Assembly: GCF_026571515.1 (NCBI RefSeq)
Contig: NW_026859889.1
Location: 1 to 64,000, forward strand
Direction of reading: 5' to 3'
Source: Ruditapes philippinarum
Taxonomy: Eukaryota
Length of the DNA: 64,000 nt
The notes beneath the pieces are model-generated. The model was not told where the DNA came from, did not search any database, and saw only the letters and a list, made by a program, of their open reading frames with translations. Position numbers and translations under genes: made by a program. This document shows, one piece after another, positions 1 through 11,275 of this stretch; positions within the stretch are counted from its first letter, which is position 1, and each line of letters opens with the position of its first letter.

Positions 1-429
1 CTGTATTAAGTTTCAAATTTTGTTTTAAGGGTTTTAATGAATTTTTTTATCAAAGTTTTTTTTCGGGCCGATTTTAGATAAAAAAAATATATTTTTGATA
101 TAACGACACCCCGTAAACCCGGGACACCATCGATTGAGTGAATAACCTCGCCTTTTATGTAGGCTTTTAAGTATCTAGATCTTACATCAAACGTGAGCGA
201 TCAGAAACTGTCAAATCAGTAAAAACTTGAGTCTTTGTCACTGGCATTTGTACATTTACATTTTAGTACATTAATATGGGTTAATCTGGTGCTTGACCTT
301 TGACATTTTATTTATTGAATTTACTTGTTCTCTTAAGATGCTGAGCTAATTACATTATGTTCTCATACTTTGTTATCTACACTTTATTTTCTTAACACTT
401 TTTTCTTATCGTCTATTCTTCCATTACAC

Positions 430-535
430 AGTTTTGTATTCATAAACCGGTGCTAGGGGGCATGAGGGATGATGCACTTTTCCACTATCCCTCATGAATA
501 GACTCAACCAAACCGAGTCTGCAATTTTCAATTAA
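430..535 (-). repeat. Dispersed repeat fragment, inverted relative to the copy at ~1590-1725
   Basis: AAACCGGTGCTAGGGG and AACCGAGTCTGCAA are reverse complements of CTCTAGCACCGGCTT and TTGCAGACTCGGTT at ~1643-1712. Related pieces occur at ~6700-6730 and ~9735-9800. Confidence 0.55.
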
Positions 536-1104
536 ATTTGATGATTTCATTGCTTCCGAGGGATCTCCAATTTTTCAAGATTTTTAAATGTTCTCTAAAT
601 AAGTGGTTTAATCTTTTCAAATTATATTGTCTTACTTTAATGTGAAACAGTAATGTCATGTATCATATTAAATCTTGTAATATTTGAAATCTTTGCATGT
701 ATTTTAACTCGATCTACTTTCTTTCGTCCGTATATAGGTTGTAGCTAATGTTCCTTTGTCATATATGACCAAGGACGTTCAGTAAAATTTTCCCCTTTTA
801 AATCTTAAAACTAGCCTTGAAAAAAGTATCCCCTTTTAAAAAAGAATTAAGTTTGTGGGAGGCAAAACATGTTGTTTAAGAATGAAAAAATTTAAAAAAA
901 CTTTTTCCCTTTACGACTTATTACGTAAACATTTAGATACATTTATCAAATTTAACCCACATATTTCCTGCACCAATATAATTTGATTTATCTGGCGGAA
1001 CATTGAATTAGTTCGGAATAAAGTAATAAATCGTTTTTCCCAAAACTCCATAGTTGTATATTGAGTATAGTAAGTTAGCACAGCCATTTTCTCGGACAAT
1101 AATT

Positions 1105-4100
1105 ATGTTTTCATGGCGAATCGTTGTGTTAGTTATTGCAATTGGATTGTTTGCAAGTTGGTATTTGGACACGCCTCTACCAGACGATATGCAAGAGAAA
1201 TGGAAGGTCAGAATCATAGATGCTGGGATGAGAACTTATGGGCATCTGGTAAAATTTACATGTTGTAAACTACTTTTCTTTAGTAACTCTTTAAAAATAA
1301 CAATCAGATAAACCCGTCAGTTGTAAAGATTTAAATAGAAAAGGATAAGAAAATTGAGGGTAATTTGAATAAAAAAGAATGAAAAGAAGTGAAATATCTT
1401 GCACGACTGAATTAATAGTTTGTTTTAAATAATATTCGTTCATGCCTATTATGTTTTATATTTATCCATGCAAATGAATGTTACGTTGATATAGAGTATT
1501 GTTAGAAATGTTAAATACAGAGAATGTAGTTGCACTGATAAAATATTAATGAATTATAAAAACCTAAATTAAGTTATTTTTTCTACAGTAAAATAGAGAA
1601 AAACGAAACCCCTAAAGAACGTCCAAAACGACCATTTGAAATGTTGCAGACTCGGTTCAAAGCTGGTAACGGAAAGAGCGAGTTATCGTCCATGCCCTCT
1701 AGCACCGGCTTAAGCAGAATGCCATATTTGAACACAAAAAAATGTGAAATTTTGAATTTAGAAACATCCGCGGTAAAGTAATTTTTTATCTTTTAGAAAG
1801 GACTAATGGTAGCTTTGGGCATTATAGAGCCATTTTCAGTGATGGATCGATGGCTAGTTGATAAGTTTGTAATTCTTATGACTACCGGAAAACCTTGGGT
1901 TCAAAGGGAAGAAAAGGCATTACAGGTAATAGTCCATGTGAAATATTGATACAAATTAAAGCGTTCATTATAAATGCAATGAAATAAAAGTATGTCTTTA
2001 ATAGAAATTCTACACGTATCTACGATTTATGACTTGTCATTTTCAGAAATTTCTACTCACCTTTTCAAATGACATTGTTGAAAGCATGTGCTATATAAAT
2101 GTACACGGATAACACAAATTGCTTAATTAACAACTTTGTTGCATGTAATCAGTAAAAAAAACCGACACATTTATGCAAGAATATGATATGCTATAACGTA
2201 TGCTAGAAAGTGTTTGTTTACATTAAATTGTATGTTTTATAGGTCATTAATTTTTATGAAAATGATGCGACATATATTTTGTTGCAGAATCAATAAAGAA
2301 AATTTTAGTTGATATTCTCAAATGTTTACTGTTTACCTCGACTATTAAAAGAATAGAGAGAGCTATTGTACTAATCCCGGTGTCCGTGTTAGGGTAGGCG
2401 TTTACTATTTTGCGTGCAAGCGAAGGCAATGGGTTGAAACTTTACGGTGCAGTTCCAATAAATCTAAGTTACCCTTTTACAGAGTAATGTCCCTTTTCTT
2501 ACTGTTGAGCACTGAGAAAAGTCGAGCGTGCTGTCTTACGGACATCTCTTATTATATGCATTATTCAGATCAGCGACCTTTACACTGATGAAAACAAAAT
2601 CCAAATGAGGATGTACGAGCCAAAGACAACATTACACCAAGATAAAAGGCCAGTTTTCTTCTATTTCCATGGCGGAGGGTTCTCATTGATGTCAATAGGT
2701 AAGGATGTACTTGCAGCCTTTTCGTCTTATTCCTTTTTATCAGGCATTAATTATATTCATTTAGAACAAAAGCATTTCTAAATTAGAAATTAAACTGTTC
2801 GCTATCGCAGAAATTTTTTTTGTTTCGAGTGGGGGGGGGGGGGTGTTACGTTATTGCATCCCAACACAGTAAATTGGGTTTCATGTATGTTCACATTCCT
2901 GCTAAACTAGTTTGGAGGAAAACTCCCTGCTCAGTTGCCCTCCTATGCATTGTTTCAGGCACCGTCAACTTTCAATAAGCTAGCTTGATAGCTTCCTCAA
3001 TCCAAAGTCTCTGTCGGGATTTGAACCCACAGTGGTAACTAAAGAACCTATTTGAAGCATTCTCGAGTCTGCTTCATTGAACTAACCAAAGCTAGTGTCA
3101 AATATGGTAGCATTGTCGTAGCCCTAGTGAGGTTCGATGCAAAGTCCTGGGTTGACCAAACTCCATCTTTTTCAGAATCGTATGATGCCTTGGCACGGAA
3201 ATTAGCACGTGACAGCGGTGTGGTGGTGATTTCAGTAGAGTGAGAAAAATATGTTTCCCTTTTTTTTTAAAAAATAAAAAAGGGCAAAAATTTTGATAAA
3301 AAAAAAAATTGGGGTTTTTAAAAAGTTTTCAAAAAAATTTTCCATTTTAAAATATTAATTTTTTAAAAAAAAAAAATTAAATAGGGGTAAACCCCATGTT
3401 TAAAAATTTTAAAATTTTTGAAAAATAAATTGCTTACAGCCTCTCTTTAAATGTTAATTTAACATATCTTGAGTACACACAGGGAAGATACATTACTTTT
3501 TAAACTCTACACACTATATAAAACACAGTATTATTACATAGTCATTAAAATGCATGATTTTTAAAGAAAGGAACACAGTTAGCATAACCATTTACAAGGA
3601 ATACAGATTCCCAACACAGTTCATGCATATCTTATTCAAATTAGACATATTCAGTAAGAATTTCAATTATTATAGATTTCTGCAATACAAGTTTTTTACC
3701 TTAAAAAGAGCATAGTATATACATGCATTTATTGTCTATACAAACATGGATATATAGAAGAAACGCATAATGTATTTATTTTCAAATTATGCAAAAGCTA
3801 GTACTCTGTGTTTCAGTTATCGACTTAGTCCACAACATCCATATCCAACTCCATTAAACGACTGCCTGGAAGCGATTAGTCACGTGGTTAAGAAGTCAAA
3901 AGATTTGCGGATTGATCCGGATAGAATAGCTGTGGGCGGAGATAGTGCTGGCGGTAATTTGGCTGCAAGTGTGTCATTGCGCTTAAAGAAGAAGATCAAA
4001 CTTCAACTCCTTCTAGTTCCGGTTTTTCAAATGTTTACATATAACACAACCTCTGTGATTTCAAATAAAAAATACTTCTCCAAAACGGTCAATAACTTAA

Positions 4101-4603
4101 TGCAAATTGTGTTTTGGACGAACTATATCGGGTGCGGAAGTGAGTACATTTCAAATATGATAGAAAACAGGCATACGTCGTCGGAACTAAAGTCATCTAA
4201 ATATGCGTCATTTGTTGATGGCGAAAAATGGTTGATCAGGAAGTATATTGATGAAGACTTAAAGAGGAAAGATTTGACTCAGAAAACTGACTTTGGAATG
4301 AAAGAGACACCGGATTGTTTAAAAAGAAAAATGTTAGATCCACTTATTTGTCCGTTAATGGCGGATAAAGAGATGTTTAAAGATTTGCCACGTGCTTATA
4401 TTATGACAGCCGGATATGACCTCATTAGAGACGACGGTATAATGTATGCGCAGCGTTTAAAAGACGCCGGAGTTAGTTTAGATTTAATCAATCACAGAAC
4501 ATCATTTCATAATGCTTTAACATTTGTAGAAGGACCTTTGACTCTTGGAATAGCCAAACATACAATTCAAGACATTGTCAATTATGTTCAACTTCATCTA
4601 TAG
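1105..4603 (+). CDS. Arylacetamide deacetylase / neutral cholesterol ester hydrolase-like (HSL/GDXG family alpha/beta hydrolase), ~417 aa, 5 exons
   Basis: Exons 1105-1248, 1797-1925, 2569-2698, 3176-3239, 3817-4603. All introns are GT-AG with compatible phases (1254 nt total). N-terminal hydrophobic anchor (IVVLVIAIGLFASWYL), oxyanion motif YFHGGG, SVDYRLSP, nucleophile GDSAGG, acid YDLIRDDG, late His (SFHNA). AATAAA at ~4982. Confidence 0.93.
2332..2552 (+). mobile_element. Short HINE/Helentron-like non-autonomous element in lipase intron 2
   Basis: Starts TTTACCTCGACTATT and ends AAAAGTCGAGCGTGCTGTCTTACGGACATCTCTT. The ends closely match those of the element at 42287-43263 (subterminal CTCGAC/GTCGAG inverted repeat plus 3' hairpin). 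Confidence 0.65.
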
Positions 4604-6086
4604 GGATCTATATATTATATTTAAATTATAACTGTTTAATGTTCATTTTAAGTATGTGCTGTTTAATGCATATACATGTATATCAAATATTGAAATTTAC
4701 ATGACTACCAATGTTATTAAGAAACGTTATTAGTAGGTTTCAGGTCCGTTTTTTTAAGTTAAAGATACACATTGTTATCTGAATAATTCAAATATCGCGT
4801 TCCAAATAATTTTATCTAAATTACATTTTCACATCCCAAGATGAGATAACCTATCTATTTATTTATGGAAAATGGATTCTTTCGGGTATCCCAAAGAAAG
4901 ATAAATGCATGATGTAATTTCAGAACTCAGGAAATGTTAAATGAAAAAAAAATAATATGATATGCACATCTAAGAAAGTTTAATAAATAATATTAAACGC
5001 TTATTTTGCAAGTTATTATATGCTATGCATGTATAGGCAATGTGAATCGTATTTTCATCACTGCAAATTCTAATTTTTCTGAATATTTTCAAAATAAAAT
5101 TTTCAATTTTGATAGCAATAATTCAAATGTTAATCAATTTATTGATTACAATGTGTAATTAATGATGATACAAATATTATTCGTGTTTGTTTTATTGCTG
5201 ACTAAACATATTCATTTTAACATTTTATCAATTTCTATAATTTATATGTATACAATTATTACATATAGTTGAAAAGCATAAGCAAACTTATATATAGTTC
5301 CTCTTCCTGGATAACAACTAATATTCACATAGAAATATGGCAGAATATTTTTTTTCAATGTAAATTATAAGAGTTCTGTTTAAATTAAGATGTAAATTTG
5401 AAATTAAATGAAAAAGACAAGTTTCAGATCAATGTTAAGGAAAAAGGAAAAAAGCGCAATAATTTGAAAACGTATTATTGGCATTTTAAAGCAAGCTGAA
5501 AAAATACAGACATTAATATGACTAGAAATAAGTAAGAAAGCAGCATGTCTCAAGATTTATGCTAATTTTTATGAAAAATGAAGTAAAATAAGTAATTTAC
5601 ACAATGCAAACCGCACTTACGATCCACGTTAAATACAAGAAAGATGTCAAAATATGCAAAATAAGCCCTCTCTGCTTTAGCAACGCAGTAGAAATATGGT
5701 GATAAAAACTGCAAAATCAGTCATTTATCGCACATAACATGTAAATAATTATTTGAATCTTATATTATTTTACTTTTCAAAAAAAAGCACAATTTTTCTA
5801 GCACATTTGTAGGTTTGCAGCTTTAAATAGAACAAAATTTGGAAAATATAAGACTAACGAACAGAGATCATATGGAAATTGCTGATTTGATGTGATTATT
5901 CTAATTCGTAGTGCAAATAACTTTACAACAGTACTGTTTAGAAATATTCATAATAACGACGTAAACTGGTAAAATCCATAATAACTATCATTTCTTTGAC
6001 ATGAAAAGTGACTTCAGTTATAACAAAATATAAAAAACATGACTTATTTTTCCTTTTTATGTCATTTAATTTATCGACAAACTTGT

Positions 6087-9000
6087 TTAAGAACAGTTTG
6101 GCGGACGAGCACCTTTTTGGATCGTCCGAACTACCCCGTATGACGTTCCCACACAGAAAACTCGGTCTAAAAAATATAAAATAATAACATTGGTAATTAG
6201 CAGATATCAACTGTACGTTTGTAACGTCGATTTTCATTGGACAATTGTGACGTTTATAAAGTTTTATGTGCTTGACTGCTGTAAATGTATGAAGAAATCT
6301 CACTTTTTTTCCCCCTAAAAACGAAGTTTGTAGTATTATAAATTCGTTATAAAGATTCCTGGTAGGTTATATGGTAGTACATTAACGGTTAATTGCAATA
6401 TAACCCTCGTCTCCCGGCTCGGGTTGTAAAAGCAAGCAATCGTATAATATAGGCCCATATAACCTGCTTAAAATCCTTATAACTATATTTAAACTTAACT
6501 GTGCATCTTCCACAATAAAGAACTAACTGTTTCTAATAGGGATCGAGGAGAAATTTCTGTATTAGTGTTTTTTTTAAATTTCTATCCTCTAATAAGAAAA
6601 GATAAAATTCCTTAAGACAAACGACAAAAGTGAAAACATTGTAGGTTCCCTTTGATTGAGGCTGTTCATTGACGGTAGTGAAAAGTGCAAGCTACTGTCC
6701 ACACCCCTAGCACCGGCTTAAGCAGAATTCAAAATTTATACGCTAAACTAAACTATATAAAAACGTACATCTGATCACATAGAATTTGGTTAAACTGAAC
6801 AAAATTTGTAAAAGCTTAATATGAAGACGGTCTTTGGTTGAAGCTAAAATACGAATATGGTATAACATGTACATGTACTGTATTACCGAGACAAAAATGT
6901 AATCGCTCCACTATGTTGGTTACCGGAATTGCTTTCGGGCATATTTCTCTTTAAATCTTTTTTAAAATAATAAAATATAATCTTGAAATTACAAAAATTA
7001 ATATGATTAGGTTAAGTGTTGTATAAGACATGTTTCTTACTTATATTATCGCACTGTTCAGCTTTAAAGAGACCGGCGGCGTCACATTTTGGGAACCATT
7101 GCCCTCTGTAAACAATCATCGATATCATTGCGGAGATTCTTTTCTGCTCACATAGCGTTCGTGTCGATCTGTCTGTAAAATAAGACTGTTTTAAAAACAC
7201 CGTGATATTCAACTATGAATAGGTTAAGAAGTTCAATGACTTTTGTCAATGAATATGATCGCTTTACTTCATACATACTAAATTATAAAATAACTCACTG
7301 AGTACTGCATCTCTTAAACATACCTAAAGGAAAGACGAGGTCATTATCATTTACTAGCCAATTGCAAGAAATCGGGATTGACATTTTATTACCAAAACCC
7401 GTTCCCTGTATGCACGCAGCGTACGCACACACTCACATACACGCGCACATGCGTGCACGTACTCATACGCGCGCGCACGCGCGCGCACAGACACACCGCG
7501 CAAACTTATAATTGAATAAACATGCATTTAAACACCGCACTTATGATGAAAAATTTTAGAAAATGAAGTTTAGCCTTCACAAAGATAAAAACATTTTGAC
7601 CCTATTTAACACCTGCCTGTTGTGGTCCCTTTAAGATAGCGAGAAACTGCTGCCATCGATAGTTTAAAGATATGGTTTCCCAGATAGAAAATATATAACA
7701 ATCATAATTCTTCAAAACCTTTCAAAATTAATAAACTTAAAGCTCGCAAATATTCGAAATGATATGGACACTTTCGTGAATTTGGTATTATTAATGGTGC
7801 TAATTAAGCGACGGGCAATGCATGTACAGCTAGCTGAATGGAGGACATCATCAATGTATATAAATTGTTTCTAAAAAATATATCACGCAACCTACAACAA
7901 AACAAAATAGTCACCAATTTTTAATTGATTGTTGCATTCTTAAGAAGCCCTTAGATATTGCTCTTACAACACGAAATTCATTTGTTAATATAAATTTGAC
8001 AGCAGATCTAGTAATTAAGTTAAATAACGCCAAAAAAACTATGTTAGCACATGACACATACCTTGTTTGGGTGCAGTCACGTTAGTCTCCTCTGATTTAA
8101 CACACTTTCCTGCGCCTATGATCATATGTTCTTGAGCGTCGCACACCAACCCGGTGTCACAGGTACCGAGGTTTGGCCGGCCTCTAATGGGACGTGATTG
8201 GCAAGTCTCCCCCTCTTGCTTAAAATCAATAAAATGATATGTAAATCTGCCCTTAGTATAGCGATGTCATATTATAACATATACATATTTCTAATGGAAC
8301 AATTGAGTAAAGAACAATTCAAATATCATACATTATGTATAGGTATATGTATCCCATTTTGACAAATATGACATGGTGAGACAAACGAAGAAATCGTAAT
8401 GAGCTGTTTCACTTTTAATTTTACCAATGAAATGTTAAACAATACTGGTTTATAAGAAATATTAAACCGAATAACAAAATAGCCGTGCTATATCATAATT
8501 AAATCAAGCCCAAGTGAATAACTTTAAGGCACATTAAGGCATATATGAATTTTTTTTCTTCTGTATAATGGAGAAACATGTGTTGAAATAGTGGTTTTAG
8601 AACATGTGAGATACTTGTTAGTTGAAGAAAATAACGGTAAATGTGAAATAATTTGTGATAAAGGCAGCAAAAAGTAGACAAAGAACTACATGTTGTACTT
8701 CGACTTCCATGCAGATACATGACTTATTGTAACTAGTATCTGTACTAATTACCAGAACGCACGCTGGCGCTTTATGAACTGTGTAAATATGAAGTCACAT
8801 ATACAAATTTAAAGATTCAATCGAAACTAAGGCACTTACTATTCCCCGAAATAACCTATATTTTGATAAAATATGCAAAATATATCTTACTTTATAAGTT
8901 ATGCGGTCGAATTTTGACGAAGCGAATAAAGTAAAAAAAAATGTCATATTTTGCAGCCTAGTCCGAATTGTAAATAATGAGATTCTTTTTCTTAAAATTT

Positions 9001-9348
9001 GATTTTCTTAAGATCCATTTTTTCATCCCGAGGTGTGTACATATTTTTTAATAAAAAAATAATATGCATAGCTTTATTTAATATATTTTTCAATAGAAAT
9101 GCTTTATTTACCGATGTCTTCAATAGATAAGCTTTATTTACAGACACATTTTTAACATCACTTGACTTAAACTTTACCTTGGCGCAGACATCATAACAGT
9201 GACAAAATCCTCCATTTTTAATCACGGATCCTTTACAGCCGGTGAGTGGCTCTCTTGTAGGAAGTCTGTCACATATACCATGGAAGCAAACCATTGCTTC
9301 AGCACCAATACACGCCACAACCAATAAAGTCAACCCTTTTATAAACAT
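6087..9348 (-). CDS. Secreted IGFBP-like protein: signal peptide + IGFBP-N-like Cys-rich domain + thyroglobulin type-1 domain, ~179 aa, 4 exons
   Basis: Exons 9348-9178, 8218-8062, 7172-7041, 6166-6087 (540 nt, GT-AG, phases 0/1/1). Protein MFIKGLTLLVVACIGAEA-MVCFHGICD...GGFCHCYDVCAK|QEGETC...GTCDTGLVC...GKCV...|LCEQKR...WFPKCDAAGLFKAEQCDNI|NRVFCVG...PPNCS*. The last exon is the least certain. Confidence 0.82.
7412..7502. repeat. Compound (CA/CG) alternating purine-pyrimidine microsatellite
   Basis: GCACGCAGCGTACGCACACACTCACATACACGCGCACATGCGTGCACG...CGCGCGCGCACGCGCGCGCAC. Confidence 0.8.
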
Positions 9349-9789
9349 TTTCCTATTTTGTTATCAAACGCAGCTAATGACCAAAAGAACCGTCTTCAAA
9401 TGGTGTAGTTGAACGTTTCAACAGTCTTATCTCTTAAACTTGATAGAGGACAACAAACAACACAATGACGTGACAGTTTACATATCATATCTCGGGTCAA
9501 TATTTCCCTTTAAATATCACATGTATATCAGATAATTTAACGTGCCTCTGCATAACAAGAATTATGACAAAACTTATTAAACAGTACTCTTGTATTCAAA
9601 TTTGTTATTCTTATTAACTTCATGTACGAACAGTTATTTAGGGCCATACATCGGTCTATCATATAAACCGGTGATATTTACGCATATAATTTTTTTTTAA
9701 ACTTAGTCGATAAAGGGGTTCCATCAACGTTGATGAGAGAAAAAGAAACCCTAAAGAAAGTCCAAAACGACAAAATTGAAAATGCTGCA

Positions 9790-10480
9790 GTCGGTTTGGA
9801 GGATCTTCTTTGCACAATATGAGTACCAAAGCCCTAATGCAAGAAACATATCCGGGAGATTTCCGTGTGGCATAGTCGTTTTTTAGACCGGCGATTTGAT
9901 TTCTTCTATATAACCTTAGGATGAACGCTACGTACCTAAAAAGAAATGATTCAGTAGATTTTAGTTGTTTGAAGGATCTTCTTCACAGCAATATAAGGCT
10001 TAAAGCTATAACGCAAGGAGAATGACAGTGAAGTGCCCGCGTAAATAGTCGCTTTTTGAACTGACGATTGTTCTTTCTGTACATAATGTGTATAGACACA
10101 CTTTTCTCTAGCCTACCTTTGAAACTGATTCTGTTGCAGATTCGATTTGGTATAAGTTTGGAGGGTCTTTTTTGAACAACATGAGGACTAAAGCCCTAAC
10201 CCAAGCAATATATCTGGGAGATTTCCGATGTGGCATGGTCGTTTTTTACTCCGGCAATTTGTTCCTTCTGTATAAAAAGTGTAAAAGTACCATTTTATGT
10301 AGCCTACAGTTAAAACACTATTGGTCTGATTAGGTTGCCGATTCGATTTTGTACAAGTTTGGAGGGGTCTTCTTTGCACAATATAAGTACCAAAGCCCTA
10401 ATCCAAGCAATATGTCCGTGAGATTTCCACGTGGCATGGTCGGTTTTTAGTCCGGGGATTTGTTCTTTCTGTATATAAAG
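9790..10480. repeat. Degenerate tandem repeat, ~175-200 bp unit, 4 copies
   Basis: GTTTGGAGG.TCTTCTT...CAATAT..GTAC/GACTAAAGCCCTAA recurs at ~9794, ~9967, ~10156 and ~10357. Confidence 0.7.
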
Positions 10481-10602
10481 CGTTCATTTCATTTATACTA
10501 GCCTTTTGTGTGAGTCAGTCAGAAGATTTATGAATAAAGGAGCAATATGAAATCGTGCTGTTTCAGACTAAGTTTTGCAATGCAAAACAAACTAGTCAAG
10601 CC

Positions 10603-10861
10603 TACGGTGGCATAAGGATGGCATTTGTCCGTTTCTATTTATCTTGTGCGCACGAGATACATGTGCTATGTCGTGGCCAACAGTTACTAAGTCGTGGCCA
10701 CGAGGAATTAAGTCGTGTGCACGAGATACTATGTACGCTATGTATATAGTAGAAATAGTATCTCATGCGCATCAGTTAATTACCTCGTGGCCACGAGGTA
10801 CTTGTATCTCGTGTGCACGAGATAAATAAATTCACACACGTGCCACCTTTGTGCCACCGTA
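10603..10861. mobile_element. Non-autonomous DNA transposon (MITE) with 6-bp TSD
   Basis: TIR TACGGTGGCA...TGCCACCGTA. Flanking direct repeat CAAGCC at 10597-10602 and 10862-10867. Internal palindromes CTCGTGGCCACGAG and CTCGTGTGCACGAG. Confidence 0.85.
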
Positions 10862-11275
10862 CAAGCCCATAAGCGTGATTGCGGAAAGTATGTTAGTCAA
10901 AGTTTTGATGTATAAAATTTTCTTCGTTCATACGAAGTCCATTTGAAGAAAATTATTTCCCCATGCACTGTTCCTGTCGGAACATTCCCGGGCGCTTTTC
11001 CCGTCTTATTTTCTTCGTATGAAGTTAAATCGTTCAGTGCTTGGACAACCGACTGTCAATATATCCGAAAAAGAAAAATTAAATTTAAGAGATCTAAATA
11101 TGTATAAGATGTAAATGTTCCATAATTTCTATCATTAGTGTTGTGTTTGTAGACAGCAAATTATACCCAATAAATTGATATAATGTATTTTATACGATAT
11201 ATGACTGTTTATATATTTTGTTAGTTAATGCGCAAGTACAGTCAGCTATACCCAAGTTATACACAACATATTAAA

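Noticed and set aside
3245-3430. Extreme A/T homopolymer tract (also ~1-120, ~790-910)
   Set aside because: It looks like low-quality or homopolymer-inflated consensus or simple low-complexity intron sequence, with no structure to support a function.
5938-6303. 121-aa minus-strand ORF
   Set aside because: It overlaps the IGFBP-like terminal exon in a different frame. The phase-compatible frame (FCV...PNC*) fits the Tg1 domain.
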